A stretch of DNA of 64,000 nt from Deferribacterales bacterium. GTDB taxonomy: Bacteria; Chrysiogenota; Deferribacteres; Deferribacterales; Geovibrionaceae. Each line of letters begins with the position of its first letter. The stretch's first letter is position 1. The stretch is from contig JBFWJS010000002.1 of assembly GCA_050253075.1 (NCBI GenBank), positions 416,001-480,000 on the forward strand. Reading direction: 5' to 3'. Position numbers and translations under genes: made by a program. Positions 38,541-48,647 of this stretch are shown here, in pieces. The notes beneath the pieces are model-generated. The model was not told the DNA's origin and did not search any database. It saw nothing but the letters and a program-made list of their open reading frames with translations.

Positions 38541-39310
38541 TATACATCATCAATTTTTGTCAGAAAATTTGGATACTCCTCAATAGTTTCCGCTATCAGT
38601 TTCTCAACATCCGAAGCAGTCATGACTCCTATGAATCCTCTGCCGACACTTTTACGTTTATAATAGCCGGTCTTCGTTGCAAGCTCATCAAACTTTTCAA
38701 ATGCTGCGACGCTCCCCTCTATTTCGAATTTACGCACCCATATAGTACTCTTTCTGCGACTTTCTTTTCCGTCTTTTACGAGTACGCCTTCAAATGTTTT
38801 ATCAAAGCGGTAATAGACATTATTAAGCCGTTCTATATAGTGGATAAAAGTGGAACCGGCGTCAAAATTCAGATTACACACTTTTCCGCCGGCTTTGTAA
38901 AAACGGTCAAAGAACGAATCTTCTCCATAGGCGTTTTCAGGAACCTCTGCCGTCAGCTCATAAGCCATACGACCGATAGCTGCTACGGAAACATTTCCGT
39001 CTTCGGAGCGAAAAGATTCTGCCCTTTTTCTAATATATTCTGTAAAAATACCGCAGTCGGAGGGTGTATTATCGGGATCAAAAACTTTACCCCCTGAAAA
39101 TGAGTAAGTGAATGTCGGTACGACCAGTGTGCCTTCTTCTCCGATAACGTCTAAAATAGCTTCATACACCATACGGCATATATCATCCGATCCTTGAGCT
39201 CCTTCAGGTATGCCGAAAAAGCCTATATTGCTATGCGAAAAAAGGATATCGCCTTCGGCCACCCCGAGGTCTCTCAGCGCATTTGCAATATCTTCTTTCT
39301 TATAATGCAT
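38540..39310 (-). CDS. AAC(3)-family N-acyltransferase
   Basis: LGVAEGDILFSHS, EGTLVVPTFTYSF, FDPDNTPSDCG, YGEDSFF, STFIHYIE. Confidence 0.85.
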   Translation of the reverse strand: MHYKKEDIANALRDLGVAEGDILFSHSNIGFFGIPEGAQGSDDICRMVYEAILDVIGEEGTLVVPTFTYSFSGGKVFDPDNTPSDCGIFTEYIRKRAESFRSEDGNVSVAAIGRMAYELTAEVPENAYGEDSFFDRFYKAGGKVCNLNFDAGSTFIHYIERLNNVYYRFDKTFEGVLVKDGKESRRKSTIWVRKFEIEGSVAAFEKFDELATKTGYYKRKSVGRGFIGVMTASDVEKLIAETIEEYPNFLTKIDDV

Positions 39311-39999
39311 TATTTGACTCCGGTGACGATGAACCAGTCAAGAACTTCACCGAAAAGATCGTCATAAATCCTTCCTATCTGGAGCTCTCTGAAATATTCC
39401 TCGAAATAGAACCTGATATATTCCTTTGTGTCAAAAAAGAAATGTACCTGTCCTTTTCTGATATCCTTATCTCTGCCTATCTGAAACAAATGATTTCCCA
39501 GTAGTTTGCAATCACTCTTTATCTTATGGTCGGGACCTGTGGTGCTGAGCAGAAGGCGTCCGCCCGGTTTCAGTACCCGCATATATTCCTGTATGCCTTT
39601 TATAACTCCCGCTTCATTCCCTTCATAGTGAAGGACATTCCATGAAAGCAGATAATCGAATGTATTATCATCGTATGGCAATTCCGTATTTTTCCCGACT
39701 CTTATATCTGTTCCCAGCCCCAGCCCTTCCAGCTTCTCACGAACACTGGCACATATATCTTCAGATATTTCGGTTCCGCTGACCTTCATGCCGAGAGTAT
39801 TCAGAAATACGGTATTATTCCCTATTCCACAGCCCACATCCAGAATACTCTTACCCTCTATCTGGGGTATCGTTCCATCTATGTAGTCACCTTTCAGCAT
39901 TCTGATTATGGTCTCAGACGGATGGCTGAGATTTGTGTTTGCTTCCTGGCCTCTCTTATAAAACGTATTCCAGTCGTTCACCATTCTATCTTTAGACAT
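39310..39999 (-). CDS. Class I SAM-dependent methyltransferase
   Basis: ILDVGCGIG, LPYDDNTFD, RVLKPGGRL. Confidence 0.9.
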   Translation of the reverse strand: MSKDRMVNDWNTFYKRGQEANTNLSHPSETIIRMLKGDYIDGTIPQIEGKSILDVGCGIGNNTVFLNTLGMKVSGTEISEDICASVREKLEGLGLGTDIRVGKNTELPYDDNTFDYLLSWNVLHYEGNEAGVIKGIQEYMRVLKPGGRLLLSTTGPDHKIKSDCKLLGNHLFQIGRDKDIRKGQVHFFFDTKEYIRFYFEEYFRELQIGRIYDDLFGEVLDWFIVTGVK

Positions 40000-40002
40000 C
40001 CC

Positions 40003-40251
40003 TCACCCCTCTAAGTGTTTAGTTATTATCTCGGAAAGACCTGATACCGTAGCAAATTTTCTATCCTGAAAATCATCCTGAGTGAAAGTGATATCAAATT
40101 CCTTCTCTATCGCCTCTATCATAAAGATGACCTCCAGAGAATCGATGATATCTAGCTCGAAATAGTTAGCATTAAACATGTTTTCATCATCAGGGTTAAA
40201 TTTATCTTTTTTGCTGAACCAGTCTGTCAGCCATTGTTTTGTATCAGGCAT
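40003..40251 (-). CDS. Acyl/aminoacyl carrier protein
   Basis: 82 aa acidic protein, IIDSL phosphopantetheine site, IEKEFDITF. Confidence 0.88.
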   Translation of the reverse strand: MPDTKQWLTDWFSKKDKFNPDDENMFNANYFELDIIDSLEVIFMIEAIEKEFDITFTQDDFQDRKFATVSGLSEIITKHLEG

Positions 40252-40264
40252 AATATCTCCAAAC

Positions 40265-40921
40265 TTATTTCTCTATTATAAAGCATCTGGCGGGAGCACC
40301 GTCCCCTTCTTTCAGCTTTAGAGGTGCGGCTATAAGTGTACATTCGCCCTCTTTCGCTTCGGAAAGGTTTGCAAGGTATTCCAAAAGCAGACACTCATTT
40401 CCCAATAGTATTTTATGTATCTTCCCGTCATCCGGCGTACCTCTGCCGTCTTTGGGATTATCTGGCTGGGGAGTGTCCATCCCAAGCAGTTTTACGCCTC
40501 TGTCGAGCAGCAATTCAGCCGCTGCAGGGGTCAGGAAAGCGTGGTCTGTATAATATTTATTTGTCCCGATGTGCTTGTCCCATCCAAAGCGGATTATAAG
40601 TCTTTCGACTTTTTGGGGAATTCTATCCTTTATTTCATCAGCCGTTACGGGGTGGAATTCGGGCACATCAGACATATTCAGCAGAAAAGCATCGCCGACA
40701 AACCTCTCCGGTTCTATCTGCTCTATTGTTTTGCCCCCTTTGATGAAATGCCTGGGGGCATCCATATGCGTACCTGTATGGGTTCCAAATGTAACTTTTC
40801 TGGTTTCTCTATTCTCTATTCCGTGTCTTCCCATCTGGCTTATTTCTACGAAAACGTGCCATGGGGCGCTAAAAGTCTGCATTCCTTCTTCGATTAATAA
40901 TGTAACATCTATTACTTTCAT
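40265..40921 (-). CDS. Cyclase / kynurenine formamidase family metal hydrolase
   Basis: HTGTHMDAPRHF, GMDTP, HKILL, EYLANL, DGAPAR. Confidence 0.9.
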   Translation of the reverse strand: MKVIDVTLLIEEGMQTFSAPWHVFVEISQMGRHGIENRETRKVTFGTHTGTHMDAPRHFIKGGKTIEQIEPERFVGDAFLLNMSDVPEFHPVTADEIKDRIPQKVERLIIRFGWDKHIGTNKYYTDHAFLTPAAAELLLDRGVKLLGMDTPQPDNPKDGRGTPDDGKIHKILLGNECLLLEYLANLSEAKEGECTLIAAPLKLKEGDGAPARCFIIEK

Positions 40922-40923
40922 AA

Positions 40924-41541
40924 TTACCTCTTAGGCATTATAAGCTCTATAGGTATCCCACCGGGAGACCTGAGCATCAGTATAGACAGCTCTTTGCCAT
41001 TTACTGTCAATACGAACGGTTCTGTAAAATCTACCGCTCCTCTCTCTCTAAGCTCCTCTGCATCCTGATTTATATCTGTGCTGATAAATGCTATGCAGGT
41101 AAAGCCAATATCGTCCAAATACATTTTATCTGAATTACCATTTATAAACTTCAGCCTGAATCCGACTCCGGAGAATCTGTTCTTATAAACTAGAGAATCA
41201 CCGGCATCTTCGCTAAACCCGTTTATATTTTTGAAAAAACTCAGCTCACCAGCCGCATCCTGAGTTTCTATTATGATGTAATCCTCTTTTATCTTTAGCT
41301 TTTCCGCTTCTGTCCTATGTTCAGCAGAGCGATGGTGTGTCACTTCCACGGGTATCCCAGCAACACCGTCTTTATAATAAGTAATGCTGTGGATATCACT
41401 ATATTCTCTGAGAAGATGTTTCTTCGCAGGCGAATTGAGCAATTCGTGGCATCTGAATATTGGTTCTTTCCCATTTAGAAAAGACGGAAGAGCCCCTTCA
41501 TCGTTTACCTCATATGCTATATGATCTACCGCAGCTATCAT
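40924..41541 (-). CDS. VOC/glyoxalase-like protein
   Basis: VDHIAYEV N-terminus; CIAFISTDI..LRERG..RSPGGIPIELI C-terminus. Confidence 0.55.
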   Translation of the reverse strand: MIAAVDHIAYEVNDEGALPSFLNGKEPIFRCHELLNSPAKKHLLREYSDIHSITYYKDGVAGIPVEVTHHRSAEHRTEAEKLKIKEDYIIIETQDAAGELSFFKNINGFSEDAGDSLVYKNRFSGVGFRLKFINGNSDKMYLDDIGFTCIAFISTDINQDAEELRERGAVDFTEPFVLTVNGKELSILMLRSPGGIPIELIMPKR

Positions 41542-42899
41542 AACATCTCTTTCAGCTTATTTTTCAATATCTTACCGTTCTCATTCCGAGGCATGTTTTC
41601 TATCTGTATAACAGACTGAGGCACAGCGTCTGCGGGCAGATGTTTCCTTACAAACTTTATTACGTCTGCACAGTCCAGCTCTCTGTCTGATTTTACAAAC
41701 CCTATGACATCTTCTCCCCAGAACTCACTTTCAACACCGACAACACATGACTCCTCTACGCCGGAGTATTTCTCCAGAGCCTGCTCCACAGCAGAAGGAC
41801 TTATGTTATACCCGCCATGTATTATTATATCCTTTTTCCTGCCGGTGATATAGAGCGAGCCATCTTCCAAATGTCCTATGTCGCCTGTTTTAAAAGGCAT
41901 ACTGATTTTATCATCCAGCTTAAAGTAACTTTCGCATACATATTCCGTATTTATCAGCAGCTCGTCTTCATCCGGCTCTATACTAACCCCGCCCAGCAGT
42001 TCGCCGACAGAGCCTTTTCTATTATTTTCAGGGGTATTGACCGAAACCAAGAGTATCTCAGACATACCGTAACTTTCTAGACAATCTATGCCAAACTTAT
42101 CTTCAAAAGGCTTTCTGACCACATCTTTCAGACTGGCTGTCCCCACGAAAACGTACTTCATATCTGTGGAGACCTTCTTTATTACCTCTTCTGACCTTGT
42201 TACCCTTGTCACGAGGGCAACCATGCTGGGGCTCATCCATATGGTGTTGCAACTATGCCTCAAACCTTTTTCCCAAAAAAACATGGCAGAAGCGGCACTG
42301 AACTTATCAGAAATAACAACCTTTCCCTCTGCACAAAGGGGAGACAACACCGTATTCAGAAATCCAGCCATGTAGCTCATAGGCATCACATGGAGCATGA
42401 CAGTTTTTTCATCGAGCCCTGTCAGATCGTTAAATGCTTCGACGTTGCCAATCATCCTATCCGCTGTAAAGCAAAGTCCCTTAGGCTTTGAGGTAGTGCC
42501 GGATGTGTGAAATACAGCAAATATATCATCGTCAGAAATATCAGGTGTGCTGTGAGCTGTTTTCAGCTCATATTCGTATCTGTCATCTATAACAAAAGCC
42601 GGTTCGACATCCACCAAAAGTCCTTCGGTAAATGATTCAGGCATATCAGGATTCATAGGGAATGCAGTAAATCCTCCGAACATACATGCAAAATAACTGA
42701 ATATATATTCAGCCGAATTACCGAGGATTATGCCTATCCTGTCCCCTTTTCTTAACCCACGGTCATACATGTCATGCATAATGGAGAAAGAATGATGGAG
42801 GAGGTCTTCGTAGGTATAGCTCACATCGGCAAATATTAAAGCCTCACGTGAGCCGCATTTCACAAATTTATTATAAAGCTCAGATACCTTGCTCTGCAT
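41538..42899 (-). CDS. Adenylate-forming (AMP-binding) acyl/aminoacyl ligase
   Basis: HTSGTTSKPKG, YGMSE, FKTGDIG, GRKKDIIIHGG, PRNENGKILK; start set at MQSKVS. Confidence 0.9.
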   Translation of the reverse strand: MQSKVSELYNKFVKCGSREALIFADVSYTYEDLLHHSFSIMHDMYDRGLRKGDRIGIILGNSAEYIFSYFACMFGGFTAFPMNPDMPESFTEGLLVDVEPAFVIDDRYEYELKTAHSTPDISDDDIFAVFHTSGTTSKPKGLCFTADRMIGNVEAFNDLTGLDEKTVMLHVMPMSYMAGFLNTVLSPLCAEGKVVISDKFSAASAMFFWEKGLRHSCNTIWMSPSMVALVTRVTRSEEVIKKVSTDMKYVFVGTASLKDVVRKPFEDKFGIDCLESYGMSEILLVSVNTPENNRKGSVGELLGGVSIEPDEDELLINTEYVCESYFKLDDKISMPFKTGDIGHLEDGSLYITGRKKDIIIHGGYNISPSAVEQALEKYSGVEESCVVGVESEFWGEDVIGFVKSDRELDCADVIKFVRKHLPADAVPQSVIQIENMPRNENGKILKNKLKEML

Positions 42900-42900
42900 T

Positions 42901-43950
42901 TCACTGCTCACTTCCGTAATAGTGTTTATAAATAGCTTTCCATTTGCCGCCAGGCTCTGTTTCAGAGAGTTTTTTAGCCTCTTCCTCGACCAAGTCTCTC
43001 GGGGCATTCACGATGTCCCGTTTTGTCACGGCTACCATCAGTTTTCTGGGATCCACCCTGTATTTTACGGCAAATTCCTGTATCACTCCCATATAGCTGG
43101 AGTGGAAGAGTGTCAGCCCTGTTATTATATCAAGAGATGTCGTCACCTTGTTCATCATAAGCGGAGCGATGTATTTGTCCCCCAGTTCGCTTAGGGCTAT
43201 AGGGTCAATGTTCATGTCGATCCCTCTGCGCATGAGTATGCATACCAGATGCTCCGTAACGGTATTGCCTGCGCTTCGTCCTATCCCCTGTAAAGAAGAG
43301 TCTATGACAACGGCACCAGCCTCCATAGCATGGAGAGCATTTCCTATGCCTAGCCCCAGATTATTGTGCCCGTGGAATCCAAGCTGTAAATCAGGAGACA
43401 GCTCCTTTGCCGCTTTAAAATATCCGCTTACCTCTTCGGGGAGCATACCTCCGGCAGAATCTACGACATAAACAAGGTCACTGCCGTATTCGGCTACTTC
43501 CTTTGCGTATTTTGCAAAGTCCTCAACACTTGAGGCATATGACTTCATAAAGTTGTTACAAACAAACATTCCTTTCTTTTTAGCCAGCTCTACAAATTCT
43601 TTAGACTGTTCATAATCTGTTATATTTGTTCCGATTCGGATGAATTTCATTCCATAGTCGGCAGCCATTCTCACATCATCCAGACTTGCGATGCCCGGAA
43701 TACAAAACATACCCCAATCCGCCTTTTTAAGTGCTTCTGAGGTGACTTTCATATATGTCTCATCGGTTTCGGCAGAGACTCCGTAGCCCTTTTCAGAAGC
43801 CCCCAACCCTACGCCGTGCCCGACTTCTATCATGTCGATACCGACATCTTCCAGCCCTTTAACTATCTTTACTGTATCTTCTGCGTCGAATTGAAAGTTA
43901 ATCGCATAACTGCCGTCTCTAAGTGTACAATCCAAAATTCTGGGTTTCAT
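42901..43950 (-). CDS. 4-hydroxy-2-oxovalerate aldolase-like DRE-TIM enzyme
   Basis: ILDCTLRDGSY, IEVGHGVGLG, VDSAGGM, GFHGHNNLGL, GIGRSAGN, DmpG-like C-terminal communication domain. Confidence 0.85.
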   Translation of the reverse strand: MKPRILDCTLRDGSYAINFQFDAEDTVKIVKGLEDVGIDMIEVGHGVGLGASEKGYGVSAETDETYMKVTSEALKKADWGMFCIPGIASLDDVRMAADYGMKFIRIGTNITDYEQSKEFVELAKKKGMFVCNNFMKSYASSVEDFAKYAKEVAEYGSDLVYVVDSAGGMLPEEVSGYFKAAKELSPDLQLGFHGHNNLGLGIGNALHAMEAGAVVIDSSLQGIGRSAGNTVTEHLVCILMRRGIDMNIDPIALSELGDKYIAPLMMNKVTTSLDIITGLTLFHSSYMGVIQEFAVKYRVDPRKLMVAVTKRDIVNAPRDLVEEEAKKLSETEPGGKWKAIYKHYYGSEQ

Positions 43951-43985
43951 CTCAACACCTCACTGGTTAAAAGGTTGTTATCTTA

Positions 43986-45185
43986 TCAGATATTATAACC
44001 TTCTGTTCTAATCTGCCCGTGCAGATCCTCTCTGTCAAATTCCGCTTTAGTGCATTCTGCAAGCACTCTGAGAGCGTCGATTATCACATTTGCAGGATAT
44101 GGACCGAGACTGACTCTGACAAACCTGCTAACGCTGTCGCCGTATGCCTCGCCAGGTATGACGGCGATATTATGTTTTAAGAGCAGCAGGTAGGCGAATT
44201 CTATGCTTGTCCCTTTAAAATCGCCGATATTGACCATAAAATAATAAGTTGCTTCGCCAGACATCCTCTTAAGCCCTGCCTCATCCATGAAACGGCTGAC
44301 AGCTTCCCGTTTGTCCAGCGTTGCAGATATCTGTTTTGCGACATCTGCCTGTATCACATCAAAATTCCTGCATAGATACAGCTGTAAGGATGTTGGTGCA
44401 CAGGTTATTATATGCTGATTCAGTTTCAGCACGTTTTCTATCATTGCTTCGCTGGCGATTACGAATCCGAGCCTCCAGCCTGATAGTCCGAAATTCTTCG
44501 AAAGTGAATTGACTATGACTATATTGTCTTTACTGTCCGACAATGAACCGACAGAGCAGAAGCCTTCTCTGAGAAAGTCACTGTAGGCCTCGTCTGCCAT
44601 AAGTATAATGCCATTTTTACGGCATATAGCCAGCAGAGTATTAAGCTCATCTTTTGTATATATGCGTCCTGCCGGATTATTAGGATTGTTTATTAAAAGA
44701 ATCTTTGTCTTATCAGATATATATTCAGTAAAATCCTTTATCTCCGTGTCAAAAGGTATCTGGCGCACTTTGCCGCCGCACAGCTTCGCCTGTTCTGTAT
44801 AGCTGACCCACAAAGGCTCGTGTATGGCAACCTCATCACCGTCATTCAGCACAGACATAAAGACAAAAAATATTGCAGCTTTGGAACCTGCCGTAATGAG
44901 AATCTCTTTTTCAGGGTTTGTCTTAACTCCATATTTTTCATAATATGACGAGAGCTTTTCTCTCAGCTCAGGAAGACCCCTGCTGTCGGAATACTGACAG
45001 CCACGATCAAAATCTTCTTTGCTGACGTTTATCTGTGGGATTTTAAAGAAAGTATCTCCAACGCACAAAGATGTTATTGTTCGTCCTTTGCTGCGCTCAT
45101 TGGTCACGACCTGATTCATATATATAGACATGGATTCGCTGATATTTGAAAGTTTTTGTGAAAATGCGGAATTCTTATCTCTCAT
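43986..45185 (-). CDS. PLP-dependent class I/II aminotransferase
   Basis: GLPELRE, NNPNNPAG, ADEAYSD, NSLSKNFGLSGWRLG. Confidence 0.92.
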   Translation of the reverse strand: MRDKNSAFSQKLSNISESMSIYMNQVVTNERSKGRTITSLCVGDTFFKIPQINVSKEDFDRGCQYSDSRGLPELREKLSSYYEKYGVKTNPEKEILITAGSKAAIFFVFMSVLNDGDEVAIHEPLWVSYTEQAKLCGGKVRQIPFDTEIKDFTEYISDKTKILLINNPNNPAGRIYTKDELNTLLAICRKNGIILMADEAYSDFLREGFCSVGSLSDSKDNIVIVNSLSKNFGLSGWRLGFVIASEAMIENVLKLNQHIITCAPTSLQLYLCRNFDVIQADVAKQISATLDKREAVSRFMDEAGLKRMSGEATYYFMVNIGDFKGTSIEFAYLLLLKHNIAVIPGEAYGDSVSRFVRVSLGPYPANVIIDALRVLAECTKAEFDREDLHGQIRTEGYNI

Positions 45186-45260
45186 ATCAACCCACCTATA
45201 AAAGCGATTATATAGTAATATCGTCCTATTTAGGATTATCTAGAGAGACTTTGCGTTATT

Positions 45261-46541
45261 TTAACGGGAAAGTGTCATGAGACCTTCATCTTTCAGCCTG
45301 CGCAAATGGTCATACAGCTCCCACACGGGAACACCTATCTTTTCTGCTATTTCGATAAGGCTGTTTCTGCCATCGGCATAGGCTATCAGATTCATCATAT
45401 CTCTAAGCTGCATCCCGCTGTCTTTGGTACTTACAGTGGGGTAAAGCCCTCTCTTGCCTAGCTGCGGTTCACAGTATACATTTGTTACGGGTATGCAGTC
45501 ATTTTCTATAGCTTCGATGAATCGAAAGGCTGCGGTATACCCTCCCTGAAGCCCGCTAGGGGATATCATATCCATATTATCAAGGGATGTATGGTATTCA
45601 GGGTATGTAGCATATTTCGACCTCATAATTGAAACAATCGGCAGGTCGACATTTGGACTGCAATACTGCCTTTCGTCACTCCCCCTGTGAAGGAAGCTGT
45701 ACGTCTTATAATTCGGGTCTATGTGCTTCATAATGTGTCTGGCTACCATGTCGGAATAACTGTCTGCATATCTGCTTTCCAGATATGAATAACCCCTATC
45801 ATCACCTATACATGTCAGCACAGCACCGGCTTTTATATTTTTCTTCATTTCATCAATATGCTGAGAAATATATAATATAGAGCCTATTGTCTCAGGTATA
45901 AAAACGAAGCGATAAGAATAACTTCTGTCTTTCATTGCCTGCACGGCCATAGCCAGATATGTGGATACCACAGGTCCTGAAACTTCATTATTACCCATTG
46001 ATGGGTGGCATATGTATGTAGAGATGAATATCTCTTCGGAGGTTTCACCTGGGATATATAATTCGCCGTAATTCAATACACCGTCGAACAGTTCCGAATC
46101 AATATAAACATGGTAATCGCCCTGCTTAAGTTTTTGTCTGTCGCTATCGGCAATACAAAAACCCCAGTTATCACTATAATAGGACGTAATATAGGGTATG
46201 GCATCCGGCATTTCTGGTATAGAGAAAAGGTGTTTCTGTAGCTCTTCCAGAGAGATGGTCATATCCACAGGTACAGAATACCCCATGACATGCAGATTCT
46301 GCTTACTAAAATCACATATAACACTGCCGTCCGGGCATGTTATTCTCGCAGATCGTATGCACCATTCTCTCGGCACTGTCCAGTCAAAGCACCGGGTTCC
46401 GCTGGGTACACTCTGTACCAGCATATCAGGCAGATTCTCTTTCAGGATTGCCAGAGTATCCCTCACCCCCTGCCCTGTGATACTTCTCGCTATGGGGTAA
46501 AGCCTTTCAGCTAATGCATAGAGTTCCTGTCCCTTGCTCAT
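45261..46541 (-). CDS. DUF4910 family aminopeptidase-like protein
   Basis: RSITGQGVRDTL, DWTVPREW, STYICHPSMGNNEVSGP, PETIGS, GSDERQY, YHTSLD, CEPQLGKRGLY. Confidence 0.88.
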   Translation of the reverse strand: MSKGQELYALAERLYPIARSITGQGVRDTLAILKENLPDMLVQSVPSGTRCFDWTVPREWCIRSARITCPDGSVICDFSKQNLHVMGYSVPVDMTISLEELQKHLFSIPEMPDAIPYITSYYSDNWGFCIADSDRQKLKQGDYHVYIDSELFDGVLNYGELYIPGETSEEIFISTYICHPSMGNNEVSGPVVSTYLAMAVQAMKDRSYSYRFVFIPETIGSILYISQHIDEMKKNIKAGAVLTCIGDDRGYSYLESRYADSYSDMVARHIMKHIDPNYKTYSFLHRGSDERQYCSPNVDLPIVSIMRSKYATYPEYHTSLDNMDMISPSGLQGGYTAAFRFIEAIENDCIPVTNVYCEPQLGKRGLYPTVSTKDSGMQLRDMMNLIAYADGRNSLIEIAEKIGVPVWELYDHLRRLKDEGLMTLSR

Positions 46542-48445
46542 GACTTTTCTTCTTTAAGCTCGGATTTAGATTTAAGATACTTTTCAAGATTATAAAACAT
46601 AGGCAGCATCTTCTGCAGCAGCCCGTGCAGTGTATAAGACAGTTTACCAGCCAAAACGATTACATCATGCTGTTCCTGCTGGGGAGATTTTGAATTGGCC
46701 CGAACACCGTATATGTCCATGACAGATTTTATATAATAAGACTGCACATAATGCATAAGTATCAGATAAAATTTTTCAGAAGAACATAATGCTATGGTTG
46801 CACTCGAATCATTCAGAATCTTCTGACTCTCTTCAAAGTCATATTCGCCGTCCTCTGTATATTTCTTCCAGACAGTGTTTAAATACTTGTCTGCGAGTTT
46901 ACCCGATTCCAGAAATTTATCCGACAGCTCTTCTATATATTCTTTAGCTTCTTCCACTTTCATTTCGACTTTATTAAGGTTTTCTGCGATCTCATCTTCC
47001 GTAGGATATCTCAGGCTGCTTTCTATAACATCAACAGTATTTACATCATCTGTGATATATTTATCTATTGCTTCCTGAAACGTCATCACCTCTGTGCCTT
47101 CGATCTTTGCCCCGCCCTCTGTGGCATTAATAACCTTTGCATCGGTTCTGGACACTGAGAGGTTGTAAGCTCTCCTGAAACTCTCCCACAGCTCAACAGT
47201 CTGTACTTCTTTCTGATAGTTACCCGGCACAGGGAAAGTCTTCTTCATAAAGTCCCTTTCGTCCTTTTCACCAAACTTATTACCTTTGGCGTGAGTGGTG
47301 CCGTCTTCTGCAAAGGCAAGATCCTGCCCTATAAGTATTATAGGATCACACCCGAGGTATGCGAGAATCTCAAATGCCATATTACCGGCAGAAGGGCCGA
47401 TATCAATAATACCTCTTTCGATATCAAGCCACTGGAAAGTCGCAAAATTACGATAAACACATATGCGCTTTCCGGGCCATTTCTGATATGTCAGCGGATG
47501 CAATACGGGCGTACCAGCGAAGTATATGCCCTTTGTATCGTCTTCGGTCAGCCCATCAAACAGCTTTGCAGTATTTTCTACTCTCTCCAGAGATGTGACC
47601 ATATGGGGTTTAAGATTACGATTTTTCAGAACAAGTACGGAAGCATCAGGGCAGCATATTACAGCTTTATTTTCTAACCCTTCCAAAAGATGTATGTTTT
47701 TATTAAGCGAAGGTCCTGTGGAAACAACGATACCCGGCTTACCTTTGAAAACACCCTCTAGGTCTTTTATACCTGGGTGATATATAATCTCGTCAATATT
47801 TACGAATGTATGGTCAATGCCGATCAGGGAATCCAGCGGACTATTGCCGTAATGCCTCAGTACATCTTTCGAAGCCTCTTTATAAACTCTTATAACATCG
47901 AGATAATATTCCTTATTCGCTGCAAACAGCGCAGATTCTTCTATGAAATTTGTGGCTTTTATAAACGATTTAAGATTAGACGAACGGAACAGGAAAGACA
48001 GCTTCATATGCACTTCGGTGGATGAAAGCCCAACCAGCAGATGACACCTTGGGTGATCCACGATAGCAGTAAAATCTGCAACTTTTAATATAGTCCTAAA
48101 AAGGTCTATATCTTTTTCAACCAGGACAAGCCCGAAGTCATCGATCTTTTTATTAATATATGTATCTATGTAAGCCTTAACATTATAAAGGAATCCAAGT
48201 CCCAGAAATATTGCAAAATTAGGTACTTTGATATTACGTCCTTTAATCTCTCTGAGCACCTGTCCGTAAGGGTCTTGTTTTTGATATATTAAAACATTCC
48301 TCTGACTGTCTATTAAATTAAGTTTACCGTTTTTATACAGGTCAATTATCTGATATCTGCCGCTGGACGGTCTGTTCGTTATTGCATCGTATAATTCAGG
48401 GTATTTGGCTTTAATAGATTTCAGATTTTTCTGCTCAATACTCAT
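46538..48445 (-). CDS. Motility-associated factor (Maf, DUF115) flagellin glycosyltransferase
   Basis: VSTGPSLNKNI, LGCDPIILIGQDLAF, THAKG, INATEGGAKIEG; divergent from flaG-flagellin. Confidence 0.88.
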   Translation of the reverse strand: MSIEQKNLKSIKAKYPELYDAITNRPSSGRYQIIDLYKNGKLNLIDSQRNVLIYQKQDPYGQVLREIKGRNIKVPNFAIFLGLGFLYNVKAYIDTYINKKIDDFGLVLVEKDIDLFRTILKVADFTAIVDHPRCHLLVGLSSTEVHMKLSFLFRSSNLKSFIKATNFIEESALFAANKEYYLDVIRVYKEASKDVLRHYGNSPLDSLIGIDHTFVNIDEIIYHPGIKDLEGVFKGKPGIVVSTGPSLNKNIHLLEGLENKAVICCPDASVLVLKNRNLKPHMVTSLERVENTAKLFDGLTEDDTKGIYFAGTPVLHPLTYQKWPGKRICVYRNFATFQWLDIERGIIDIGPSAGNMAFEILAYLGCDPIILIGQDLAFAEDGTTHAKGNKFGEKDERDFMKKTFPVPGNYQKEVQTVELWESFRRAYNLSVSRTDAKVINATEGGAKIEGTEVMTFQEAIDKYITDDVNTVDVIESSLRYPTEDEIAENLNKVEMKVEEAKEYIEELSDKFLESGKLADKYLNTVWKKYTEDGEYDFEESQKILNDSSATIALCSSEKFYLILMHYVQSYYIKSVMDIYGVRANSKSPQQEQHDVIVLAGKLSYTLHGLLQKMLPMFYNLEKYLKSKSELKEEKS

Positions 48446-48528
48446 AGATAAACTCCAATAAACTGTTCTAATAATACTATTAGCTATTCGATAGTTAGTC
48501 AATTCATATATATTTTGTCAAATTTATC

Positions 48529-48555
48529 TAAAGTTTCAACTTTAAGAGACGATAA
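48529..48555 (+). promoter_or_regulatory. Sigma28 (FliA) promoter of flaG
   Basis: TAAA-N15-GACGATAA (consensus TAAA-N15-GCCGATAA). Confidence 0.75.
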
Positions 48556-48647
48556 CATGATTACCAAGAGTTTCTCTAGGAATTAGAGAAACTGGCAGAT
48601 GGCTTGTGTAGAAACACATTATGCTTTTAAACAAGGAGCGGTGTATC

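Noticed and set aside
38540..39310. Aminoglycoside resistance gene
   Set aside because: AAC(3) fold, but the context (ACP, ligase, Maf, flagellin) points to glycan acylation; no mobile resistance context.
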